Positions 1-8,794 of a DNA stretch of 64,000 nucleotides are shown here, piece after piece. Location of the stretch: positions 37,407-101,406 of the forward strand of contig MFCS01000025.1 in assembly GCA_001776975.1 (NCBI GenBank). Reading direction: 5' to 3'. Within the stretch, counting starts at the first letter, position 1. Each line of letters opens with the position of its first letter. The notes below the pieces were generated by a model. That model was not told the DNA's origin, did not search any database, and worked only from the letters and a program-made list of their open reading frames with translations. This DNA is from Candidatus Daviesbacteria bacterium RIFCSPHIGHO2_01_FULL_41_45 (lineage in GTDB: Bacteria; Patescibacteriota; Microgenomatia; Daviesbacterales; UBA10151). The translations under genes and the position numbers were made by a program.

Positions 1-1686
1 GTATACCAATTCCCGTTTTAGAGGAATTCCTCTCTTCATGTATATGAAGTTTTTCAATATATTGAACGCCTCTATCTTATTTGATCCATCTGTATACTCC
101 TTAAATACAATATTAATGACTGCTCTATTCAAAAAGTCAGGCTTACTCTTGGAGACTTGCTTTTCCCTCTGGGATATAAGTTTGTCTGTAATAAATCTCC
201 ATGCTTCGTCTTTATTATTATAATAATACTCCTCAAGAGCTGGAGTAATAACGTTTGTAACCAAATGCTTATCTCTATCACTTCCCATATGCTCCCAGCC
301 TTCAAACCCTAAGCCTTTTCCAAACTTTTTATAATATTTTGCATATTGTTCCGAAAACATCTTCGACAGGTATAATAATCGCTCTTCTATATTCTCACCT
401 TCTAATGCATACACTTTTAATATTTCAAACAGCTCCCCTGGACTTTCGTGCCAGAATTCCCCCTCTTCAATACTTAGATTAAAGGCATCAAATATGAAAT
501 GGGCAATTTGCTTTTTTAGCACCTCATTATCAGTGTTTAGATAAAGCTCTTTTAAAACCTTCGAGATTTCTTCTTTTTCCCATTCATCACTATTGGATCT
601 TTGTTTTATGTAAAAGAAGTCGCTAATTTTTCTGTCATACAACTGCTTCAATATTCCAAAAATCTGATTATCATATTTACGAGTTCTAGATAATACACTC
701 TGACATATACGTGCTGAGTCAACTACCACAAACTCCTCTCTATATAAGTTCACAATATTCCTCAGTATGTCAGGCAATAGAGTGATCAAATAATCTTGAT
801 TTTCATCATTATCAATATTCTTCTTAAAAATATTGAAAACCTGTAGGGATAAACTTCCCTTTGCAGCTGCTCGCCATAATTTATCCCACTGTCTTAAATT
901 TAGTTGAATTGCTTCATCAAGTCTTTTTATTGCAAGAAAATATAGGGTGGGCGAAGCTGTTAACGCCGAGAGTTCTTTGTTAATAATCCAGCTTTTACTG
1001 TTTGGGTCTTTTACGGAGTTTAAAACATTCTCTATTTTCACTAAATGACTGTCCACCTGACTGTAATATACCGAATCGTTTTTAATTTCATTTTTCCTCT
1101 GTTCTATCAAAGACAGAAACTCTTCTTTAGTAAACTTTCCACCTTTTTCTGACTGGTAATAAACATTCTTAAGCAAAATATTACTGAGCATGTCGTTAAA
1201 ATAAGAATCAGGTATCCAGATTCCTAATATTTGAGCAAACAAAGACTCTATAACTAACTTATTTACCTCAGAGTCTATCTCCCAAAATTTAACCCTTTCC
1301 AAAAGCTGAATATGCTCTTTTGAAAAACTACTTTTCTTTAGTCTCTTAAGCGACTCGTCAAAATATTTGTAATATTCCAAGTCTGTTTTTAAATTTGAGC
1401 TTACTCTGGTACAAATAACTAATACTTCATCCTTCTCTTCTACCCTATTATTTTTTATAAGTCCATCCAGAATCTCTTTTAATAACCTATGCGTTACCTT
1501 AAGGGACTTCGACTCGCTTATAATCTTTTTATTTTCGAATACCAGATCAAAATCTTTTAATTTTTCCTGCTCAAAAGCTATATACTTAAAGCTACTATAT
1601 CCAACATTTTGCAGAAAGAGAGAGATAGAGGCCAGTGCTTGGTAGTTTATTCCTTTAAAAGTAGCTCGGCCACCTGTTTTATTCAT
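1..1686 (-). CDS. Large uncharacterized protein, partial (over 562 aa). The start is inside the window and the C-terminus runs off the edge. The N-terminus resembles a Cap4/DUF4297-type PD-(D/E)xK nuclease domain.
   Basis: Not in the ORF track, because there is no stop inside the window. I translated the minus strand from the ATG at 1686..1684: MNKTGGRATFKGINYQALASISLFLQNVGYSSFKYIAFEQEKLKDFDLVFENKKIISESKSLKVTHRLLKEILDGLIKNNRVEEKDEVLVICTRVSSNLKTDLEYYKYF... I checked triplet by triplet that the frame stays open down to nt 1. The ATG overlaps the stop of the upstream gene (ATGAATAA). It has a G-x-x-YQ motif followed by acidic residues and an E-S-K (ExK-like) motif. Confidence 0.6.
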   Translation of the reverse strand, partial: MNKTGGRATFKGINYQALASISLFLQNVGYSSFKYIAFEQEKLKDFDLVFENKKIISESKSLKVTHRLLKEILDGLIKNNRVEEKDEVLVICTRVSSNLKTDLEYYKYFDESLKRLKKSSFSKEHIQLLERVKFWEIDSEVNKLVIESLFAQILGIWIPDSYFNDMLSNILLKNVYYQSEKGGKFTKEEFLSLIEQRKNEIKNDSVYYSQVDSHLVKIENVLNSVKDPNSKSWIINKELSALTASPTLYFLAIKRLDEAIQLNLRQWDKLWRAAAKGSLSLQVFNIFKKNIDNDENQDYLITLLPDILRNIVNLYREEFVVVDSARICQSVLSRTRKYDNQIFGILKQLYDRKISDFFYIKQRSNSDEWEKEEISKVLKELYLNTDNEVLKKQIAHFIFDAFNLSIEEGEFWHESPGELFEILKVYALEGENIEERLLYLSKMFSEQYAKYYKKFGKGLGFEGWEHMGSDRDKHLVTNVITPALEEYYYNNKDEAWRFITDKLISQREKQVSKSKPDFLNRAVINIVFKEYTDGSNKIEAFNILKNFIYMKRGIPLKRELVY

Positions 1687-2590
1687 TAATATTTCCTCCT
1701 TCCGATGCCACTGCTGGGGATATTTGTGGCAATGGAGTTACAACAACAAGAAGATCAGCCTCTTCCCAAGTTTTACATCTTCTTTCAATTTCTCGTAGTG
1801 ATTCTCCAAAATCTGCAGTTCCACTACGATTTATCATATTTCGGTGTGCAAAAAAATTAAGAATATTCATTTTAAGTATTGGAGCTATATCTATTCCAGT
1901 ACCAGCATGCTTCTGACAAAGGTACAGCATTTGGTGAAAAAGCAATTCAGGTGGCAATTCGGTATCAGTAGAATTTACTCCTAATGTCTCTGCAAATTTT
2001 TGGATCTTCCTAATTATAATTGCATCCAAAGGGGATTCATCCTCTCCTTCACCATCAGGAATATCAGGATAGCTATCCCTAATCTTAATTTTCTTTAAAA
2101 AAGTAAACATTCCTCTTCCATTAGCGAATTCAGCTATTTCCAAATAATCAAAAAGCCAATCTGCTGCATTTTTAGCCTCACCTCCATAGTTAGCTTTACC
2201 ATCAAGCTTTTCTAATTGATTCCAGCAATCTGCAATCTTACTTTTTAAGGGAGGACTTATAATCAATAGCATATCTAGGATCGCCAGATGTGGGACTGCT
2301 TCATAAAGCCTTAGTTCTTTAAAGGCTTCTTTAATTTGAGAAGAATGTTCAGTTGTCATATCCAGCTTAAAACTCTCGCCAGTTTTTATTCCATAAACTT
2401 TCTCAACCCGATCCTCACTCTCCTTAAGTATTAAACGTAAGTCCATAGACCTTTGTTGAGCAGTTTCTCCAAAAGGGTAATCAATATAAAGTTCAGCCAG
2501 ATTTTTTGACAAAAAATGAGTTAGAAATAGCCACAATGCGTATTTATCCTGATACAAAAATCCTTGCCTAGTAGCTTTAATTGTAGACAT
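1679..2590 (-). CDS. Uncharacterized 303-aa protein, paralogous at its N-terminus to the downstream large protein. Candidate Cap4/DUF4297-like nuclease N-domain.
   Basis: ORF-track entry. The N-terminus KATRQGFLYQDKYALWLFL parallels GRATFKGINYQALASISLFL of the next gene. Its stop overlaps the next gene's ATG by 8 nt. No other recognisable motif. Confidence 0.55.
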   Translation of the reverse strand: MSTIKATRQGFLYQDKYALWLFLTHFLSKNLAELYIDYPFGETAQQRSMDLRLILKESEDRVEKVYGIKTGESFKLDMTTEHSSQIKEAFKELRLYEAVPHLAILDMLLIISPPLKSKIADCWNQLEKLDGKANYGGEAKNAADWLFDYLEIAEFANGRGMFTFLKKIKIRDSYPDIPDGEGEDESPLDAIIIRKIQKFAETLGVNSTDTELPPELLFHQMLYLCQKHAGTGIDIAPILKMNILNFFAHRNMINRSGTADFGESLREIERRCKTWEEADLLVVVTPLPQISPAVASEGGNINE

Positions 2591-2916
2591 CTAATGTCTG
2601 CATTTTACCTTCTCTGTAAGAATGCAGCAATTACTTAAACCCACGCAGTTTCATCATAGGAGCTCTGGTCTTCTCTATTTGACCAAATTGATTTCGCTCA
2701 AGAATTAGCCTAGCAATCCTAAGGGGCGGAAGTTTAATTTTGAGGCTAAAGGGAATAAATTGTGGGTGTTCGTCCTGTGAGTTCCTACTTTCAGAGCCAT
2801 ACTCGACATCCTTTGAATTTGATTTTCGTCATGTTTTGTGCTAGTATATATTCATCACAAGGGAGAAACGAACATATGACTACGTGTCATATGCAACGCC
2901 TCCCATTTTGATGCTT

Positions 2917-3438
2917 TCATCTCTCAAGTTTGTTCTTTTCAAACTCAATAAATACCTTATATTTCTGAAAAGGCTTTATAAGAGAAGATTCAGATTTTGA
3001 ATTAGGGATAATTATTCTCAGTAGTTTTTTATTTTTCTCCAAATATTCATGCAAACAATAAAAATCTCCATCTCCAGATACAATAACCGCTTTATCATAG
3101 TTTGAAAACTCTATTGCAGCTGCATGTAGTACCAACTCAGCATCCACATTCCCTTTAGGCTTACCTGCATGATCTTTAACTGTTGGTTTGAATATTAATT
3201 CATAACCTGCTGATCTTAGATTTTTATAAAGACTCTCATTTTGCTTTATATATCCTATAAAAATAAGGGCTTTCTCAACACGAAATTTATCTGATAAGTA
3301 TCTTCTGAACTTCTTAAAATCTAGCTTCCAACCTTGATAAATCAGCTTCCCGTTTTTAGTCAGGTCCTTTCCTGTACCTAAGTTCAAGTTTTGACTATCA
3401 ATAAAAGCATAGACTTTCATTGGCTGATTATGCCACAA
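2917..3438 (-). CDS. NYN/LabA-like domain protein (PIN-like ribonuclease fold)
   Basis: KVYAFIDSQNLNLG at the N-terminus and DAELVLHAAAIEFSNYDKAVIVSGDGDFYCL match the NYN/LabA signature (acidic residues plus a SGDGDF-type motif). Confidence 0.7.
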   Translation of the reverse strand: MWHNQPMKVYAFIDSQNLNLGTGKDLTKNGKLIYQGWKLDFKKFRRYLSDKFRVEKALIFIGYIKQNESLYKNLRSAGYELIFKPTVKDHAGKPKGNVDAELVLHAAAIEFSNYDKAVIVSGDGDFYCLHEYLEKNKKLLRIIIPNSKSESSLIKPFQKYKVFIEFEKNKLER

Positions 3439-3573
3439 AAAACCTCACCGAGCCAGAGGCATCGACGAGGTGTTTATACTGGAAACCACTCGCAAGGGCG
3501 GTTTTTTGATAGCCTTTAATTTACAAAGTAGTCACTGGACGAGATTGTACAATATAAAACTTATCTTTCTAAG

Positions 3574-4044
3574 TTAAACCATGTGTGGGGTTCTATTGTG
3601 CAGAGCGTATTCAATCAATAGTAGTTGACTTTTTGAGATAGAAGGGAGATTTTCAAATGCGAAAAAGCCAAATTCAATTACTTCTGCAGACTTCTTAAAT
3701 TCTCCTCCAATATGCTGACCTACTACGGCTATCTCTAAGCGCGATGCTTCTCTATCAGTTCTAATTTTGAGTTGCTCTTCAGTACTCACCACAAGTCCTG
3801 ACTCTTCCATTATCTCCCGTTCAAGTGCTTCAAAAGGATGTTCTTTTGACTTAATGTATCCACCAGGCAAACTCCAAACTGTTTGTCGGTAAGTATGTTT
3901 AAAGAGTAAAATCTCCTTATTTTCATTAAAAATAATACCTGTTACTCCAATTAGAAACTGATCTTGAAAAATACGCATAAGCGTTAGCTGAATACCCTTA
4001 GGAAAGGACAGAGCACGCCAGGCCTTAGCAAGAAGGGTTTTCAC
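3574..4044 (-). CDS. NUDIX hydrolase
   Basis: Canonical Nudix box: LPGGYIKSKEHPFEALEREIMEESGL (GX5EX7REUXEEXGU). Confidence 0.8.
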   Translation of the reverse strand: MKTLLAKAWRALSFPKGIQLTLMRIFQDQFLIGVTGIIFNENKEILLFKHTYRQTVWSLPGGYIKSKEHPFEALEREIMEESGLVVSTEEQLKIRTDREASRLEIAVVGQHIGGEFKKSAEVIEFGFFAFENLPSISKSQLLLIEYALHNRTPHMV

Positions 4045-4382
4045 AAGGATTTATCATCTAAAGGAGCGTTTGTCTCTGCCTTAAGTTTAGTATTTTCAAG
4101 CTCTAATTGATGGTTTGACCTAAGTAGTGCGGCATTCTCTTCTCCAGAGTCCTTAATTTTAATATCTTTACCCCGCATAGCAAAACCAGTTGCAATATTG
4201 TTTACAAAACTAATAATCCAGGAAAGGAATAATCCAACGAGAAGCGAACCAACTACTACAATATAGGTAGGTACACCTGATATTTGGTAGTTTAAGAAAT
4301 GAAGTGAGATAACAGCTGTATTTTGAATAGCAAAGTAAGCAATTATAAGTCCAAATAAAACAGTAACGATTAATGTTGCCAT
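4041..4382 (-). CDS. LapA/DUF1049-family inner-membrane protein
   Basis: Two N-terminal transmembrane helices followed by a charged coiled C-tail. 4-nt overlap with the NUDIX gene. Confidence 0.5.
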   Translation of the reverse strand: MATLIVTVLFGLIIAYFAIQNTAVISLHFLNYQISGVPTYIVVVGSLLVGLFLSWIISFVNNIATGFAMRGKDIKIKDSGEENAALLRSNHQLELENTKLKAETNAPLDDKSL

Positions 4383-4432
4383 ATATTATTCCTTCCCATT
4401 CATATGATACTCCGAAATATCTGCAAAGACTA

Positions 4433-4621
4433 CTAATCGTTTAGCATAGCTTTTTTTAACTCCGTCCCAGATCCCATCATAGGTGATAAGATTGAATAAG
4501 AGGCAGCAGTTCCCAGACTGGGAGATGTTGCAGCATATGTTTTTGATATTGGTATAAAGATAAACTGTATTAAAATAATAAGGAGAAATGCTACAAACTT
4601 CATTTTATTAAGGGTTTTCAT
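4433..4621 (-). CDS. Small putative secreted protein (62 aa)
   Basis: N-terminal signal-peptide-like stretch KMKFVAFLLIILIQFIFIPISKTYA. No homology recognised. Confidence 0.3.
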   Translation of the reverse strand: MKTLNKMKFVAFLLIILIQFIFIPISKTYAATSPSLGTAASYSILSPMMGSGTELKKAMLND

Positions 4622-4650
4622 AAAATATATCTCCGCTACCTAACCAGGAG

Positions 4651-4890
4651 TTACAATAACCTACTAATTAATAGGACAAGTAACGAACCAGCCACTGCAA
4701 CCACAAAAGAGATTAAATTAAATCCTGTCACCCCAACTCCAAAAAATATTTGTCCCAAGTAACCACCTACTACTGCTCCAATGATTCCCAGAATAATTGA
4801 ACCTAAAATCCCACCTTGAGAACTCGGTGCAATAAAATTTGCGATACTTCCAGCAATTAGCCCAAAAATAACCCAATAAATAATAGTCAT
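4651..4890 (-). CDS. GlsB/YeaQ/YmgE-family stress-associated membrane protein
   Basis: IIYWVIFGLIAGSIANFI...GIIGAVVGGYLG are glycine-zipper transmembrane helices typical of the family. The ORF-track start at 4917 corresponds to a TTG. The ATG at 4890 is the more likely start. Confidence 0.7.
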   Translation of the reverse strand: MTIIYWVIFGLIAGSIANFIAPSSQGGILGSIILGIIGAVVGGYLGQIFFGVGVTGFNLISFVVAVAGSLLVLLISRLL

Positions 4891-4897
4891 ATTTTTT

Positions 4898-5074
4898 TCA
4901 CTTATTCTGAATTTCAACTTTCTTGATTACTGTTTCTATTGGTAAATATTTGATTAAAGCTTTTTCTACAAGTTCAGTTAGAGTTAACTCCTCAACAACA
5001 GCTTGAACTTTAGATTGCTTAGCAATAGAGGGGTTAATAAAAAGGGTTATTCTCTGTTTTGTATTAGTTGACAT
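4898..5074 (-). CDS. Small ribbon-helix-helix-like protein (58 aa), missed by the ORF track (under 60 aa)
   Basis: Translated by hand: MSTNTKQRITLFINPSIAKQSKVQAVVEELTLTELVEKALIKYLPIETVIKKVEIQNK. It has the beta-strand then two helices pattern of RHH/CopG-like proteins. It fills an otherwise empty gap between the GlsB-like and M23 genes. Confidence 0.45.
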   Translation of the reverse strand: MSTNTKQRITLFINPSIAKQSKVQAVVEELTLTELVEKALIKYLPIETVIKKVEIQNK

Positions 5075-5127
5075 ATTTCATATATTACAACTATTGGTAG
5101 TTCCTGTCAAATAGCAAGCTAAGTATT

Positions 5128-5868
5128 TTAACCCTTTATTGGATCAGGGATTAAACAACCTGGAACTGTTAATAGCTCATCATATAGACTTGTGTTTCCA
5201 GTATATTCTTCCCAATCTCTAAACAAATTCTTCAATTTTATAAAAGTTTCTTCTTTAATAGAATCGTCAAGATAAGCAAACGGACAAATATGTTGGGGAG
5301 GATTACCTCCTTTTAGAATTCCTATTTCCACAGTCCCAAATCCAGCTGGCGCTCCTTTGTCAAAATCGCTAACCTCCGCAATGATTTGCCCTGCTGTTAC
5401 CCTATCACCTACTTTAACCTTAGGATTTATGACATGTTCTGTTTCATAAACCCATTTTTGCATTTTGCCATCTGCTGTAACTTGAATGGAGTAATCCCCA
5501 CTCCAAACAGTTGGCATGGCAGCTACTATCCCATCTACAATTGATCTGACTGGAGTACCTAATGGAACAATAAAAGTAGGCTGTGGATTATATTTTGCTG
5601 GATTATCATTACCTTTGGGAATATAAAAACCATATCCCATGAAAAGCCTTCCAACTTGCAGTTTCTCTTTAGTAAATTTAAAGTCAGAAAACTCTACCCC
5701 AATACTTTTAAGCTTAAGGGGTGGTTCATTTTCATTTTGAACTTGTACAGCTGGTGCAGAATATACCTGAGCAGAAGGACCATTTTGAACAACAGGTGCA
5801 GATTTTAATAGAAAAAAGGTTACAAGGCCTAAAATTAAAGTCAAACCAATGATTTTTATTAGCATCAA
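5128..5868 (-). CDS. Membrane-anchored M23/LytM-like peptidase-domain protein (possibly degenerate)
   Basis: N-terminal transmembrane segment. The C-terminal region GTPVRSIVDGIVAAM...YETEHV...VKVGDRVTAGQIIAEV resembles the M23 beta-barrel. Confidence 0.5.
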   Translation of the reverse strand: MMLIKIIGLTLILGLVTFFLLKSAPVVQNGPSAQVYSAPAVQVQNENEPPLKLKSIGVEFSDFKFTKEKLQVGRLFMGYGFYIPKGNDNPAKYNPQPTFIVPLGTPVRSIVDGIVAAMPTVWSGDYSIQVTADGKMQKWVYETEHVINPKVKVGDRVTAGQIIAEVSDFDKGAPAGFGTVEIGILKGGNPPQHICPFAYLDDSIKEETFIKLKNLFRDWEEYTGNTSLYDELLTVPGCLIPDPIKG

Positions 5869-6076
5869 TAATAATTTAGCACTTATATTACGTTAAAACC
5901 ATGACAAAGTATATTTTAGTAAAATAACTTCCTCCTTGAGTGTCTACAAGGTGTTTCCTTGGAGCCTCAACACTACAAAATTATTAAATCCTATTCCAAC
6001 GAGTGCATAACAACACCTACGAAAATGCTTTATACACTAAAGAGTATAAGTAATGAAATTTTATCCCTCTATATTC

Positions 6077-8764
6077 TTAAACTAAGGAAACTTTCAAGCT
6101 TCGCCTATAAATCATCTTTCTAATTTCCTCAACAATCACTATTGATGAAGCAACTGGTATTATTATCAGCCAATCAGATAAATCAAGGGCTGTGGTGCGT
6201 AATATTTTTTGCATGAATGGTGTGTAAATAGCAAGCAGTTGCAGGACAATAACAGTTAAGGTAGCCCCAATCAAAAACTTATTTGAGAACGGATTTAACT
6301 GAAAAATAGACTTGCTTTCATGCCGACAGTTCCAAGCATTAAACCACTGGAAAGCTGCTAGGACAGTTAAAGAAACTGTCCACGCTTTAACCATATCAAC
6401 CTGATAGTACCCTTTAAAAAGAAACAATGTTCCGACCATCATAGGTATTGCCATTAAAAACATCCTTTGTATGACTAGGCCATCAATGAGGTATTTCTTA
6501 GGACGTTCGAACGTACCTTTAAGCAAACTTTCTTCTTTTGGTTCCATAGCTAAGGACACATCAAGAAATCCATCAGTAACAAAATTCAACCAAAGTATTT
6601 GTGCTGCTAAAATCGGTAGGGGTAAACCTAAAAACAATGCTCCTGTTATAGTGAGTACCTCTCCAAAACTGGTTGAGAACAGATAAAGGATAACTTTTTT
6701 AATAGTTTTATAGATACTCCGTCCCTCTTCAATAGCTGCAATAATGCTAGCAAAATTGTCATCAAGTAAAACTATATCTGAAGCCTCTTTTGCCACCTCA
6801 GTACCAATCTTACCCATGGAAACCCCTAAATCCGCTGCTACCAGTGACGGAGCATCGTTTACCCCATCTCCAGTCATAGCTATAACTTCCCCCCGTTTTT
6901 TGTACCCTCTGACAATCTTTAATTTATGCTCTGGTGTAACCCTGGCAAAAACAGATACTTTATCAAGCATATCTGCAAATTCATCATCAGACAGAGAGTC
7001 TATATCTTCTCCCGTAAGAATGGTATCTCCTTCATGGTAAATACCAGCTTCTCTGGCTATAGCTTCTGCTGTGATCTTATGGTCGCCAGTTATCATTACC
7101 ACTTTAATTCCAGCGGAGATAGCTTTTTGCATGGCCTCATGAACTTCCGGGCGTAGGGTATCTTTTAATCCAAAGAAACCTACAAAGGTAAGTTCTTCCA
7201 CATCCTTAAGTTTAATATCACCACTGACATTACCTTTCAAAGCAAAGGCCAGAACCCTTAGCCCTTCCTGAGACATTTTGACTAACATTGCCTCAAGCTC
7301 TTTTTTCTTTTCTTGGGATAAAGGATGAGGCTTACCTTCATGCCATATTTTAGTTGTTAATTCTAAAATCTCCTCAGGAGCACCAAGAACAGTTAAATCA
7401 ATAGTTCCATGGATCTTATGTGAGACAGCATGATATTTATTTTTATAATCAAACGGTATCTCAGAAAGTCTGGGAGACTCTTTTTCTAAAATATCTTTGT
7501 GAAATCCCACCTTTCGAGCAAAAACAGAGAGTGATGATTCTGTTGGATCGCCAGTCGCCTCCCACTCCCTGCTATCTTTATCAAAAACAACACTATTATT
7601 AGTAACAAAGGCTGCCAACTTTCCTGCTAAAAGTAACTCTGGATGATTGAGAGGGTCAATTTTATCATCATTTAAAGTTACCCCTCCTTCTGGTTTATAT
7701 CCCTCACCCTCTATTTTGAATGTTTTGCCATCAACATAGACTTCTTGCAGTAATATCTCATTTTTAGTAAGAGTGCCTGTTTTATCAACAGCAATTACTC
7801 TAGCTTGTCCTAATGCTTCAACTGCCTGAAGTTTTTTAACCAAAGCATTACGCTTACTCATCCTCCAAACGCCTGTGGCTAGAACTAGCGTCATCACAAT
7901 AGGCAGTCCTTCTGGAATGATAGATACTGCAAGGGACACAACAGTGGTAAACATCTCCCTTATTGAATGGCCCAATAAAATTCCCAAGACAAATATAGAA
8001 GTACAAATAGTAGCTACAGTGATAATAATTAGTCTGGTTAGATAGCGGATATTGGCTTTAAGAGGTATTTCTGTATTGATAACAGCAATTTCTTTAGAGA
8101 TTTTACCAAGTACTGTTCCTAACCCTGTGGCAACTACAACAGCTCTTCCGTTGCCAGCCACAATATTTGTTCCCTTAAAAACCATATTTCTCTGGTCAGC
8201 AGTTGGTAAATTTATGGTGGACAATACCTCATCAAATTTATAAACTGGCTGGGATTCACCAGTCATGGCAGCTTCATTAACTGTCAGGTTATTTGATTCA
8301 ATTATTCTGGCATCTGCTGGAACCTTTTCTCCTTCCTGTAAAATTATTACATCCCCAGGTACAACCTCATAATCAGGGATTACAAGATCTTTTCCATCAC
8401 GAATAACCTTTGTATTAGTTTCTGCAAATTTTTTAAGTGCAAGCAGTGTGTTTTGTGCTTTACCTTCCTGGATTGTGCCAACTATGGCGTTAAAGAAAAG
8501 TACAAACAAAATAATGGAACCATCAATAAACTCCTTCATTAAAAACACAATTAAACTGGCAACAAAGAGGATATAAATAAGCGGGCTTTGGAACTGCCGA
8601 AGAAAGATAATTAACAAACTGTCTACTTTTGCATCTGGTAACTTATTTAACCCATACTTTTCAAGACGTTTTTTTGCTTCATCGGATGATAATCCATCTG
8701 CACTTGAGTCAAGAGTCTCAAAAACTTCTTTTGTCGTTTTTGAATAACCAGCATCTTCCAACAT
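6077..8764 (-). CDS. P-type cation-transporting ATPase (type II, Ca2+/Mg2+-like)
   Basis: DKTGTLT phosphorylation motif, TGDGVNDAPSL hinge, MITGDH, 895 aa with about 10 transmembrane segments. Confidence 0.92.
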   Translation of the reverse strand: MLEDAGYSKTTKEVFETLDSSADGLSSDEAKKRLEKYGLNKLPDAKVDSLLIIFLRQFQSPLIYILFVASLIVFLMKEFIDGSIILFVLFFNAIVGTIQEGKAQNTLLALKKFAETNTKVIRDGKDLVIPDYEVVPGDVIILQEGEKVPADARIIESNNLTVNEAAMTGESQPVYKFDEVLSTINLPTADQRNMVFKGTNIVAGNGRAVVVATGLGTVLGKISKEIAVINTEIPLKANIRYLTRLIIITVATICTSIFVLGILLGHSIREMFTTVVSLAVSIIPEGLPIVMTLVLATGVWRMSKRNALVKKLQAVEALGQARVIAVDKTGTLTKNEILLQEVYVDGKTFKIEGEGYKPEGGVTLNDDKIDPLNHPELLLAGKLAAFVTNNSVVFDKDSREWEATGDPTESSLSVFARKVGFHKDILEKESPRLSEIPFDYKNKYHAVSHKIHGTIDLTVLGAPEEILELTTKIWHEGKPHPLSQEKKKELEAMLVKMSQEGLRVLAFALKGNVSGDIKLKDVEELTFVGFFGLKDTLRPEVHEAMQKAISAGIKVVMITGDHKITAEAIAREAGIYHEGDTILTGEDIDSLSDDEFADMLDKVSVFARVTPEHKLKIVRGYKKRGEVIAMTGDGVNDAPSLVAADLGVSMGKIGTEVAKEASDIVLLDDNFASIIAAIEEGRSIYKTIKKVILYLFSTSFGEVLTITGALFLGLPLPILAAQILWLNFVTDGFLDVSLAMEPKEESLLKGTFERPKKYLIDGLVIQRMFLMAIPMMVGTLFLFKGYYQVDMVKAWTVSLTVLAAFQWFNAWNCRHESKSIFQLNPFSNKFLIGATLTVIVLQLLAIYTPFMQKILRTTALDLSDWLIIIPVASSIVIVEEIRKMIYRRSLKVSLV

Positions 8765-8794
8765 TAATTTATTGTATCAGAATCTTTGAAAGAG

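Noticed and set aside
38-223. 61-aa plus-strand ORF at the window start
   Set aside because: Lies antisense within the long open minus-strand frame (1..1686) that I verified codon by codon.
3439-3573. Possible terminator hairpins in the NYN/NUDIX intergenic gap (aaaccactcgcaagggcggttttt)
   Set aside because: The stem contains a mismatch, and the T-run is on the wrong side for the minus-strand genes. Not convincing.
4651-4917. ORF-track start at 4917 for the GlsB-like gene
   Set aside because: That M corresponds to a TTG codon. The downstream ATG at 4890 gives the family-typical N-terminus, so 4890 was used.
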